Of a stretch of 64,000 nt of DNA, positions 38,300 to 47,641 are shown piece after piece (positions within the stretch are counted from its first letter, which is position 1; every line of letters starts with the position of its first letter). The stretch is from Salinivirgaceae bacterium (GTDB lineage Bacteria; Bacteroidota; Bacteroidia; Bacteroidales; SZUA-534), in assembly GCA_024405635.1 (NCBI GenBank), contig JAKSOL010000009.1:1-64000 (forward strand), read 5' to 3'. The position numbers and the translations under genes were made by a program. The notes under the pieces were generated by a model. That model was not told where the DNA came from. It did not search any database and saw nothing but the letters and a program-made list of their open reading frames with translations.

Positions 38300-39700
38300 A
38301 TGTATTTCGAACTTTCGGACGATATTATATTTCCCGATCCTAGGCTTATTTTAGGCGAACACCAGTCCGAAACTCTTTATGCACTTGGCGGCGACTATCA
38401 ACCCAAACGAGTTCTTGAAGCTGCACGATGGGGAATTTTCCCTTGGAGTCCATTCCGTTCGCCCATAAAATCGTGGCATTGCCCAGCCGAGCGATTCGTA
38501 ATTTTTCCTAACGAGATACACATCTCGCACTCAATGCGCCAATTAATAAAAAAAGGCACTTACCGACTATCGGTTGATGAAGATTTTGAAGGAGTGATAA
38601 ATGGTTGTGCCGAATTTCGCATCGATAGCGATGGAGCTTGGCTTGGAGGTGATTTGATTGATGCGGTTATTGAACTACACAAACAAGGGCATGCACATAG
38701 CGTAGAAGTTTGGGACGGCGAAAAACTAGTTGGAGGTTTATACGGAGAACTAGTTGACGGCATTTTTTTTGGCGAGAGCATGTTTTCGCGGGTACCAAGC
38801 GGTAGCAAACTGGCTCTCATACATTTAGCCAAATTGATGCAAGAAAAAGGGTATCTTTTTATCGATTGCCAAATGCCAACCGACCACCTAAAAAGCATGG
38901 GAGGACGAACAATCAGTTACGATGAATACTTGCAACTAAAAGGCATAAGCGAAGGGCCTTCAGCTTTACGACCACAACAACTTAGTTGGCTTAATCCAAA
39001 AGTTCAAGCTTTTGATACTCAATTAAATCCGATTAAAAGCAGTCAATCGTTCATCAATTTTCTAACATACTGCGAGTTTGACGTACGACTACTTGATATC
39101 AACTACATAATTAGTCTTGATGACCACAACCGCGAGTTTGCCACGTACATACGAAACAACATGGTTGCATTTATCAGCGATAAAATGAAAAAACAAACAC
39201 CAGTAGAGTTTGTTGAAATTGAAAAAGCTGAAAATGAAAAAGATACCTTGATTTGGATATCTAAGTCGTGGGACGAACTAACCACATACGACTTGTACGA
39301 CATACTTAAACTCCGATCGGAAGTATTTGTAAACGAGCAAAACTGCACATATCAAGACATGGACGACAAAGATCAAAAAAGCCTGCATCTTATGTGCATG
39401 ACCACCGAAGGCGAATTAGCAGCCTATCTGCGCATCATTCCCAATGGTATTGAAAGCAAAACCGAAGGTAGCTTGGGAAGAGTTATTGTAAGCAAATCAT
39501 TTAGAGGCAACGGAATTGGCCACAAACTAATAAACCGAGGCATTGAGTTATACAAACACGAAGTTGGTCGCAAATACCCAATAACAATTCACGCACAATC
39601 GCATCTCGAAAAATTTTACGCTAAACACAACTTTGTAGCCACAAGCGACCCGTTTATGTACGAAGGACTAATGCACACCTTAATGAAACTCGAATTTTAA
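38300..39700 (+). CDS. aat: Leucyl/phenylalanyl-tRNA-protein transferase fused to ElaA-like GNAT acetyltransferase
   Basis: N-term GIFPW, AHSVEVW, LVGGLYG, GESMFS, IDCQ; C-term LYDILKLRSEVFVNEQNC, GRV, RGNGIG, AQSHLEKFY. Confidence 0.88.
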   Translation: MYFELSDDIIFPDPRLILGEHQSETLYALGGDYQPKRVLEAARWGIFPWSPFRSPIKSWHCPAERFVIFPNEIHISHSMRQLIKKGTYRLSVDEDFEGVINGCAEFRIDSDGAWLGGDLIDAVIELHKQGHAHSVEVWDGEKLVGGLYGELVDGIFFGESMFSRVPSGSKLALIHLAKLMQEKGYLFIDCQMPTDHLKSMGGRTISYDEYLQLKGISEGPSALRPQQLSWLNPKVQAFDTQLNPIKSSQSFINFLTYCEFDVRLLDINYIISLDDHNREFATYIRNNMVAFISDKMKKQTPVEFVEIEKAENEKDTLIWISKSWDELTTYDLYDILKLRSEVFVNEQNCTYQDMDDKDQKSLHLMCMTTEGELAAYLRIIPNGIESKTEGSLGRVIVSKSFRGNGIGHKLINRGIELYKHEVGRKYPITIHAQSHLEKFYAKHNFVATSDPFMYEGLMHTLMKLEF

Positions 39701-39750
39701 ACTCCGAATTGAGTATCAAACAACACTATCATAAAAACACGCAACCATCT

Positions 39751-40332
39751 ATGGCTCAACTAATTTTCCCCACAAAAGAAACAAAAGAGCAAAACTGGGA
39801 AATACTTTCATCGCAATATGTTATTCAACGGCCATGGCTAACAGCCAGACTCGACCAACTTCAAATGCCAAACGGCCATATATGCGACGAATGGTACGTA
39901 CTTGAATACCCACATTGGGTTAATGTAATTGCAATAACCACTGACGGCCAACTAATTATGGAACGGCAATATCGCCACGGATTGCAACGCTTTGCTTGGG
40001 AAATACCAGCAGGAGTAGTTGAACAAAACGAAACACCTGAACAAGCAGCAAAACGCGAACTGCTTGAAGAAACAGGATTTGGTGGTGGCATTTGGACTGA
40101 AATGATGCAACTTTCGGCCAACCCAACAGCAATGAACAACATTAACCACACTTTTCTTGCTACTAATGTTGAGCAAGTTTCGCAACCAAACCAAGAAAGT
40201 ACCGAAGACATAAGCGTATGGCTTATGAAACCTAACGAAGTTTTAGCCATTCTTAAAAATGGCGGCATCGACCAATCGTTGATGGCCGCTCCACTTTGGA
40301 AATACTTTGCAGAATCAAAAACTACGCTTTAA
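39751..40332 (+). CDS. NUDIX hydrolase (ADP-ribose pyrophosphatase-like)
   Basis: RQYRH, EIPAGVVE...AAKRELLEETG Nudix box; start moved to ATG 39751. Confidence 0.92.
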   Translation: MAQLIFPTKETKEQNWEILSSQYVIQRPWLTARLDQLQMPNGHICDEWYVLEYPHWVNVIAITTDGQLIMERQYRHGLQRFAWEIPAGVVEQNETPEQAAKRELLEETGFGGGIWTEMMQLSANPTAMNNINHTFLATNVEQVSQPNQESTEDISVWLMKPNEVLAILKNGGIDQSLMAAPLWKYFAESKTTL

Positions 40333-40383
40333 CCATTTATGTAAAAAGACGTATTAATTATATATTTAGGCATTGAAACATTT

Positions 40384-42711
40384 ATGAACATGAAAAAAAC
40401 TATTCTATCGGCAATGACTATTGTTGGAACTATGGTAGCCTGCACAACTAGCGAGCCTAAACTGGGCAAATCGTCGATTGACGACATTATTGCCGCAATG
40501 ACAATTGAAGAAAAAGCACACATTATTATTGGCACTGGAATGGACAATCAAGGCGACACTGCCGTGGTTGGAAACACAAAACACATCATTCCCGGAGCAG
40601 CAGGAACAACTTCATTAATTGAGCGTTTAGGCATTACTTCAATGGTACTTGCCGATGGTCCAGCAGGTTTACGCATCAACCCTCAGCGCGAAGGAGTTGA
40701 CCGCACATTTTTCTGCACCCATTTCCCTATTGGCACATTGCTAGCCTCAACATGGAACCAAGAATTAGTTGAACAAGTTGGTCAAGCAATAGGCAACGAA
40801 GTACTTGAATATGGTGTTGATGTTTTGCTTGCACCTGGATTGAACATTCACCGCAACCCTCTTTGTGGCCGAAACTTTGAATATTACAGCGAAGACCCTC
40901 TTGTTACTGGTAAAATTGCATCGGCCTACGTTCGCGGAGTTCAAAGTAACGGAGTTGGTGTTTCGCTAAAGCATTTTGCTGCCAACAATCAAGAGAGCAA
41001 CCGCATGGCAAACGATGCGCGAATGTCAACACGTGCATTGCGCGAGATATACCTTAAAGGTTTTGAAATAGCTGTAAAAGAAGCTAAACCTTGGACTATT
41101 ATGACATCGTACAACCATATAAACGGCACATACACTTCGGAAAACAAAGACCTGCTACTCACCATTTTACGCAACGAATGGGGATTTGATGGCACTGTTA
41201 TGACCGACTGGTATAGCGGTAACAATGTTGTTGCACAAACCGAGGCTTGCAACGACATGATACAACCAGGAACCGACCGCCAATTTAACATTCTTGTTGA
41301 CGCCATAAAAAACGGCAATATATCAGAAGATGCTGTTAATCAAAATGTTAAACGCATTTTGCAACTAGTAACAAAAACACCGCGATTCAAAGGATACCAA
41401 TTCAGCAACAACCCCGATTTAAAAGCTCATGCTCAAGTAACTCGCCAATCGGCAACCGAAGGCATGGTATTGCTTAAAAACAACAACACTTTGCCGCTAT
41501 CAAAAGAGGTGAAAAATGTTGCACTTTTTGGATGCACCTCATACCTGTTTATTGCAGGCGGAACGGGCTCAGGCAATGTTAACCGAGCATACACAGTGTC
41601 GCTACTCGATGGCCTGACAAATAATGGTTACAATGTTGATAGCACATTTACCAACACATACCAAACCCACATTGACGCAGAAAACGAGCGCAACCATTTT
41701 AATAGTCCAAACGCTGTTTTGTACACAGCAAAACGTCCGGTTGAATTGATTCCAGATGCACAAAAAATGAAAGTTCAGGCCGAAAAAACTGACATTGCTA
41801 TAGTAACAATAGGCCGCAATTCGGGAGAATTCTTAGACCGCACAGTTGCCGATTTTTCACTATCGTCAGAAGAACAACAACTTGTAAGCAACGTTTGCAA
41901 AACCTTTCATGCTGCAGGCAAAAAAGTAATTGTTATTCTAAATGTTGGTGGCGTTATTGAAACCGCATCGTGGAAAGACCAACCAGACGCAATATTATTG
42001 GCATGGCAACCTGGACAAGAAGGCGGAAACTCAATTGTTGACGTACTTAACGGAACTATATCGCCAAGCGGAAAACTTCCAATGACATTCCCAATAAACT
42101 TTACCGACCATGCTTCATCGGCAAATTTCCCAATTGAGGCTCGCCCTACTCACTACGAAACCGTTGGCGCCGCAAAAACAGAAGTTAAGAATTGGGACTA
42201 CACCAATTACGAAGAAGATATTTATGTTGGCTATCGTTACTTCGATAGTTTTGAAAAAGAAGTATCGTTCCCATTTGGCTACGGTTTAAGCTACTCTACT
42301 TTTGAGTATTCAAACATTGCGGTTAAATCAAATGCAAACGAAGTATCAGTTTCGTTCTCAATAAAAAACACGGGCACGGTTGCTGCTAAAGAAGTTGCAC
42401 AACTTTACATTTCGGCTCCTAATGCTAAGAGCAACAACAAACCCGAAAAAGAGTTGAAAGCCTTTGCCAAAACCACAGAACTAAAGCCTGGCGAATCGCA
42501 AACCATAACCTTAACAGTTAAAACTGCCGACTTGGCTTCGTTCAATTCAGAGGCAAGCGCTTGGCAAACCGATGCTGGAACCTACAAAATTCTTGTAGGC
42601 GCTTCGTCGCGCGACATTCGCCTTACTTCCGAAGTTGAAGTTGATGCTCTTGAAGCAAAAGTTAACAACGTGCTAAATCCACAAGTTGAGCTCAACTTGC
42701 TTAAACGATAA
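40384..42711 (+). CDS. GH3 beta-glucosidase/xylosidase, lipoprotein
   Basis: DGPAG, GRNFEYYSEDP, KHFAAN, VMTDW, FPFGYGLSY, Fn3-like C-terminus. Confidence 0.95.
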   Translation: MNMKKTILSAMTIVGTMVACTTSEPKLGKSSIDDIIAAMTIEEKAHIIIGTGMDNQGDTAVVGNTKHIIPGAAGTTSLIERLGITSMVLADGPAGLRINPQREGVDRTFFCTHFPIGTLLASTWNQELVEQVGQAIGNEVLEYGVDVLLAPGLNIHRNPLCGRNFEYYSEDPLVTGKIASAYVRGVQSNGVGVSLKHFAANNQESNRMANDARMSTRALREIYLKGFEIAVKEAKPWTIMTSYNHINGTYTSENKDLLLTILRNEWGFDGTVMTDWYSGNNVVAQTEACNDMIQPGTDRQFNILVDAIKNGNISEDAVNQNVKRILQLVTKTPRFKGYQFSNNPDLKAHAQVTRQSATEGMVLLKNNNTLPLSKEVKNVALFGCTSYLFIAGGTGSGNVNRAYTVSLLDGLTNNGYNVDSTFTNTYQTHIDAENERNHFNSPNAVLYTAKRPVELIPDAQKMKVQAEKTDIAIVTIGRNSGEFLDRTVADFSLSSEEQQLVSNVCKTFHAAGKKVIVILNVGGVIETASWKDQPDAILLAWQPGQEGGNSIVDVLNGTISPSGKLPMTFPINFTDHASSANFPIEARPTHYETVGAAKTEVKNWDYTNYEEDIYVGYRYFDSFEKEVSFPFGYGLSYSTFEYSNIAVKSNANEVSVSFSIKNTGTVAAKEVAQLYISAPNAKSNNKPEKELKAFAKTTELKPGESQTITLTVKTADLASFNSEASAWQTDAGTYKILVGASSRDIRLTSEVEVDALEAKVNNVLNPQVELNLLKR

Positions 42712-42729
42712 AGCACTTTTATCATAACA

Positions 42730-42762
42730 AAAAGGCGCGTGCAAAATCTGTACGCGCCTTTT
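42730..42762. terminator. Bidirectional terminator
   Basis: AAAAGGCGCGT...ACGCGCCTTTT stem between convergent genes. Confidence 0.8.
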
Positions 42763-42810
42763 GTTTTATATATTCCACTATGTTTCTGCGTTTTATCTCC
42801 TATAAAAGCA

Positions 42811-43941
42811 CTAAATACGAACATCGATATTCTCTATTGCATTCAATAGTTTTTTAGCATTAGCATTATTGTCATAATAATTCAATGCCACCCTACGCTT
42901 GTCCACATCATTTTCAGTAAAAGCTACATTTTGCAACTTGTGGCACAATAAACGCAACTCCTCTTCGGTTTCAAATTTCATCACCAAATCATCCAAATCA
43001 GTACCGTCAAGCATCATGTTGTTAGCAATGCAATGACGACCTTTATATAAGGAATCGATTAATTTCAGTTTTACCCCAGATTTGTGGAAAGTTGGCAATA
43101 CTATTATATGCGCATTAGCAACTATTTCGTCCATTGCTTCAGCATCAGGATTAACAATCAACCGCACGTTTTTGGTTGCCTCAACAAGTTCTTGCAAATT
43201 TTTGCTTGGCAATCGACCGGCTATTACAACGTTCACTGCAGTTTCTCGTAACGATTCAACAACAAACTTTGCAGCCAATTCGTTAGACAACAACGATAAA
43301 TCGGCATGAAACAAAACGTATTTTCCTATTCCAGTTAATGACGTTACATTATTATTTGAGTGAGCAGGCGGCAACCACACCGATTTTCCATACTTATCGT
43401 TAAAATACCGATTCTCGCTTTTAGAAATAGATGCTATTAATTGTGCATTATGCAGAACCTTTTCATAACTGCGCAACCTTTTACTTTCAGTATAGAAGTA
43501 TATTTTTTTTAGCCAATTTCGTTCGTTATTAAAAAGCTGACGATAATATTCGTGTTCACAATTATGAGCACGAACAATCTTAACCCTATTTCGCAATTCT
43601 GGTCTATTAAGCAACAATGTTGTGTGTAGTCCCTCAAACAAAATAGGATAATCGTCTTTTAATAAGTTTTGTAATAACGCATTGCTCTCGCGCGATTTCA
43701 CTATATACGGGATAGAAGAGAATGCACTCAATATGCTAGTATTCCGGTTATAATAGTTTACAGAGAAACAAAAATCTTCAAGAAGATGGTGCGGTGCCCT
43801 ATTATATACAAAACAATGCAGATGAACTTTTACTCCAGCCTCAGCCAAAGCCTTTGCCCGATAGTAAATATCAATCACACCACCATAGTTGGCAGGGAAA
43901 GGAACATTAAGGCTAATTATGTGAAGATGCTCAACCACCAT
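42811..43941 (-). CDS. GT-B (GT4-like) glycosyltransferase
   Basis: VPFPANYGGVID, AHN.EH.YY, SGVKLKL...L..G. Confidence 0.85.
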   Translation of the reverse strand: MVVEHLHIISLNVPFPANYGGVIDIYYRAKALAEAGVKVHLHCFVYNRAPHHLLEDFCFSVNYYNRNTSILSAFSSIPYIVKSRESNALLQNLLKDDYPILFEGLHTTLLLNRPELRNRVKIVRAHNCEHEYYRQLFNNERNWLKKIYFYTESKRLRSYEKVLHNAQLIASISKSENRYFNDKYGKSVWLPPAHSNNNVTSLTGIGKYVLFHADLSLLSNELAAKFVVESLRETAVNVVIAGRLPSKNLQELVEATKNVRLIVNPDAEAMDEIVANAHIIVLPTFHKSGVKLKLIDSLYKGRHCIANNMMLDGTDLDDLVMKFETEEELRLLCHKLQNVAFTENDVDKRRVALNYYDNNANAKKLLNAIENIDVRI

Positions 43942-43976
43942 TATTATTCAAGAATAAAAGAATAAACCAACAGCAT

Positions 43977-45119
43977 TTATGGGTTCCACCTCCGAATTTT
44001 CAACTTCATTGCATTTGGCACAGGTTTTTCCGACACCAAAACCAAATAACCGCCAGCCCCAGCTCCAGGCAATTTATATCCCAAAACCGAATCTTTATAT
44101 TGGTCAATCACCTCTTGAATACGCTCGTAAACCATGTTTGGAAACATTGTAATTTGAACTTTAAACGATTCGGTAACAGCCTTGCCAAACGCAACAATGT
44201 CCATATTCATAATCGCATCCCAGCAATGGTCGGCGGCTGTAGTTAACGCCACAATATTATCGGGTGTTACGTTGGTGTTACAAAGCAAATCGGTGCCAGC
44301 AGGACGAGGCCACAGCGTAACCATATAAATGTGATTCTCAAGCCACGACAAAATGCGTTCATCGTTTACGCGCTCAATTTTTTCAGGCCAATATTTGCCA
44401 TTATAATAATGCCGGCACAAACCAGGTACACATATTCCTATTGAATCTTGCGCCCCTGAAATAATGTCACGTCCCGGCTCATTTTCGTAACGAAAAAGCA
44501 TTTCAGCAAGCGTTTCGGGCTTTTCAAGTGGAAGTTGATAAGGCCACAGTTTACGAGCCGCGTTTCGTGTTGATGTGGACATTCCGCTTCGCTCGTTATA
44601 CTCCACAATAGGCTCAAGCGACATTGTGATAGCCCAACCTGGATGAATTTTTGAAAGAAAAGGTTGATCAATCCACGTTCCAGCCAAATCGAGTCTATAA
44701 GGGAGTTGACAAGTAGTGTTTCCACGCAACGACGTGGTAGAGCGTTGTGGCAACCCAGCATCTGGAATGCGTTTAAGAACAATGTACTCAATGCCAAGTT
44801 GCTTGCAAAGTTGCTCTTTTGCCGGCGAGTGCCCGTCCTCATTAACAACATACCTATCAGGAGCAAGTTGTTTCAATTCGTCAACAAAGTCAAGCATTCC
44901 GCTACCACTATTAACCCAAGCATCTTTAACATACTTAATCGACTTAACCATATAAAGCCTTTCTTGCTCTGAATTGATAGTTTCGCGACCTTTTAATTCC
45001 CTAATTGTTGCATCAGAACCAATTCCAACATACAAATCGCCATAGGTAGCAGCCTCCTTAAAAAAAGCCACATGACCACTATGCAACATATCGTAACAAC
45101 CAGAAACAAATACTTTCAT
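43977..45119 (-). CDS. Cytidylyl/adenylyltransferase-GHMP kinase fusion
   Basis: GCYDMLHSGH (HxGH), RSTT; PYRLDLAGTWID, SG.QD, KLPGAGAGGY; start ATG 45119. Confidence 0.85.
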   Translation of the reverse strand: MKVFVSGCYDMLHSGHVAFFKEAATYGDLYVGIGSDATIRELKGRETINSEQERLYMVKSIKYVKDAWVNSGSGMLDFVDELKQLAPDRYVVNEDGHSPAKEQLCKQLGIEYIVLKRIPDAGLPQRSTTSLRGNTTCQLPYRLDLAGTWIDQPFLSKIHPGWAITMSLEPIVEYNERSGMSTSTRNAARKLWPYQLPLEKPETLAEMLFRYENEPGRDIISGAQDSIGICVPGLCRHYYNGKYWPEKIERVNDERILSWLENHIYMVTLWPRPAGTDLLCNTNVTPDNIVALTTAADHCWDAIMNMDIVAFGKAVTESFKVQITMFPNMVYERIQEVIDQYKDSVLGYKLPGAGAGGYLVLVSEKPVPNAMKLKIRRWNP

Positions 45120-45340
45120 ACTTATGATTTTGAATTGAACTGCCAAATTTGACAATTTTTCGCAGTAAAGCGTAGCAAACCGAAAAACAAATACACCAAA
45201 TTGTAAAGATGAACCACATTGAAAAAAAACGGAACTCTAATCGTATAATGCGGTTGGCTATGTTGATTAATTACTATTTTAGGGCTTTGTTTTGCGGCAA
45301 ACTCAACAACGGTTTGTCGCCACTAAAAATTGATTGACTT

Positions 45341-47632
45341 ATGAGTAATGAACAGAAAAATGGAGTGAAAAAGAACATCACAAACAGTGTTTTCCAATTC
45401 TCTGTTATTGGATTCTTTTCAGGACTAGTAATAACCGTAATTGGCTATGCTATTGCACTTAGCGAAAACGATTTAGTGTTCACATTCCAAAACTTGGCAA
45501 AGTTACATAGTACAAACGAGCACTTGTTTATTTTAACATTGCTACCATTTTTAATATTGCTAGCAGGTGTTTTTGCAGGTCGCGTTACATACAAAGTTTC
45601 AGAAAAGTTTTATGACCTTCAGCACTTGAAGAATAACAATCTTCACGAATTAGAGAACTTTGCCGAGGAGCTATCGAAAGGCAATTTGGAGATTGAATAC
45701 ACCCCAGAAAAAGGCAATCAGTTGGGCAATATAATGATAGAGTTGCGCAACAACCTTCAAAAGAACAAAGAAGAAGATGCCCGCCGCAAAAAAGAAGACG
45801 AGCAACGCAACTGGACAGCAACTGGTCTTGCTCAATTTGGCGAGACATTGCGCAACAACAACTCCGACATGAACCTTTTGGCAAATGAGGTAATAAGTCA
45901 ACTTTGCGCTTACATCAACGCAGTGCAAGGCGGTTTGTTCCTTATTGATGACCAAATTGAAAACGATGTTCACTTTGAATTGATGGCGCACTTTGCCTAC
46001 AACCGTAAAAAATACTGCCAACACCGAGTTGGACTTTCAGAAGGTTTGATAGGACGTGCTGCTTACGAAAAAAGTTCAATTTATATTGATGAAGTTCCCG
46101 ACGATTACATTGAGGTAACCTCAGGATTGGGTGAAGCAAACCCAAAAGTGCTACTTATTGTTCCTATCAAAACCGAAGATGCAGTACTTGGTGTTCTTGA
46201 AATATCATCGTTCACTCCTTTTGAGCAATACGTTATTGAGTTTGTTGAAAAAGTGGCAGGTAGCATTGCAACCACAATTGCTGCTGTAAAAACAAACTTG
46301 AACAACCAAAAGATGCTTGAAGATTCGAAAATTCAAGAGGAATTAAGAAAACAACAAGAAGAAGAAATGCGTCAAAACATTGAAGAGATGACTGCTACAC
46401 AAGAAGACTTTAACCAACGTAGCGCCATTTTTGAAAGTTTTGAAAACGCCATTGACAACTCGTTCTACCGCGCCGAATTTGATTTAAACGGCAACCTTGT
46501 TTTGGCAAACAACACATTTATATCGCAACTTGGCTACGCAACAATTGACGATATTAAAGGCCACCACGTATCAATGTTTGTTTCGCCAACCGAACACGAA
46601 GATTTTAATCACATTTGGGACGAACTAACACACAAAAAGAACTACGAAAAATATTTGCGCTTTGCTACTAAAAGCGGAAAAGACGTATGGATGCTATCTA
46701 CTTTCAGTGGTCAAAAAAGCACATACGGAACTATGCAAAGCGTGCTATTTATTGGTATTGAAAGCACAAAACAAAAAGAAACTGAAATTGCCATTAAAAA
46801 CCAAATTAGCGCAGTTAACGATAGCTGCATTATGTTTGACTACGCTACTAGCGGCAGAATGACCAGTTACAACCAAAAATTTGCTACCACACTTGGCTTT
46901 ACCGACGACCAACTAAAGGACTACAACGTATTCAACTTAATGAGTAGCGTTGACCAAGATAGTTTTGAGGCAACTTGGAACGAAATAATTAACGGTAAAC
47001 CATACTCATGCGAAGTAAAAGTTAAAGCAGCCTCAACCGACATCTGGTTGGCTATCAACTTTACTCCTATTCAAAACGACCGCGGAGAGTACACTCAAAT
47101 TGTTGCTATTGCTAGCGACATTACCACTTTAAAATTGGCCGAAGAAACAATTAAGAAACAAGACAATGAGTTAAAAACTCAAGCTGAACAACTTGAAGCC
47201 GCAGCAACAAATCTTGAAGAGGCTGTTGCTAATGCAAAACAAGAAGTTAAAGCTCAGTCGCTTGAAATTGAACGCATCAAAATGCGCAACGAAAAAACAC
47301 TTGAAGGTTTGCGCGACGCCGTTGTTACCATATCTCGCGAAGGCAACATTGAGTTCTTTAACCGCGCAGCTGAGTCGCTTTGGGGCTACTCTCGCATGGA
47401 AGTGTTGGGACAAAACATTAAAAAATTGTTCCGCAAATACACCGAAGAAGACAACGAATTTATGGCGAACTTGCTTCACCCCGATAAACGCAAAACAGTG
47501 GGAATGCGCGAAAACGTTGAAATTTTAGCAAAAGACGGAACCGAAAAACCTGTGGTTATTTTACTATCGGGTGCAAAAGTTCAGAACGAATACACCTACA
47601 CTGCTTTCATTCAGTTTAACGAGGCCGAATAA
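45341..47632 (+). CDS. Membrane sensor: TM-HAMP-like-GAF-coiled coil-multiple PAS, no output domain recognised
   Basis: EGLIGR..YEK, LLIVP GAF motifs; QEEEMRQNIEEM coil; three PAS-like repeats (e.g. FNRAAESLWGY...EVLGQNI). Confidence 0.85.
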   Translation: MSNEQKNGVKKNITNSVFQFSVIGFFSGLVITVIGYAIALSENDLVFTFQNLAKLHSTNEHLFILTLLPFLILLAGVFAGRVTYKVSEKFYDLQHLKNNNLHELENFAEELSKGNLEIEYTPEKGNQLGNIMIELRNNLQKNKEEDARRKKEDEQRNWTATGLAQFGETLRNNNSDMNLLANEVISQLCAYINAVQGGLFLIDDQIENDVHFELMAHFAYNRKKYCQHRVGLSEGLIGRAAYEKSSIYIDEVPDDYIEVTSGLGEANPKVLLIVPIKTEDAVLGVLEISSFTPFEQYVIEFVEKVAGSIATTIAAVKTNLNNQKMLEDSKIQEELRKQQEEEMRQNIEEMTATQEDFNQRSAIFESFENAIDNSFYRAEFDLNGNLVLANNTFISQLGYATIDDIKGHHVSMFVSPTEHEDFNHIWDELTHKKNYEKYLRFATKSGKDVWMLSTFSGQKSTYGTMQSVLFIGIESTKQKETEIAIKNQISAVNDSCIMFDYATSGRMTSYNQKFATTLGFTDDQLKDYNVFNLMSSVDQDSFEATWNEIINGKPYSCEVKVKAASTDIWLAINFTPIQNDRGEYTQIVAIASDITTLKLAEETIKKQDNELKTQAEQLEAAATNLEEAVANAKQEVKAQSLEIERIKMRNEKTLEGLRDAVVTISREGNIEFFNRAAESLWGYSRMEVLGQNIKKLFRKYTEEDNEFMANLLHPDKRKTVGMRENVEILAKDGTEKPVVILLSGAKVQNEYTYTAFIQFNEAE

Positions 47633-47641
47633 TTTGTTTGA

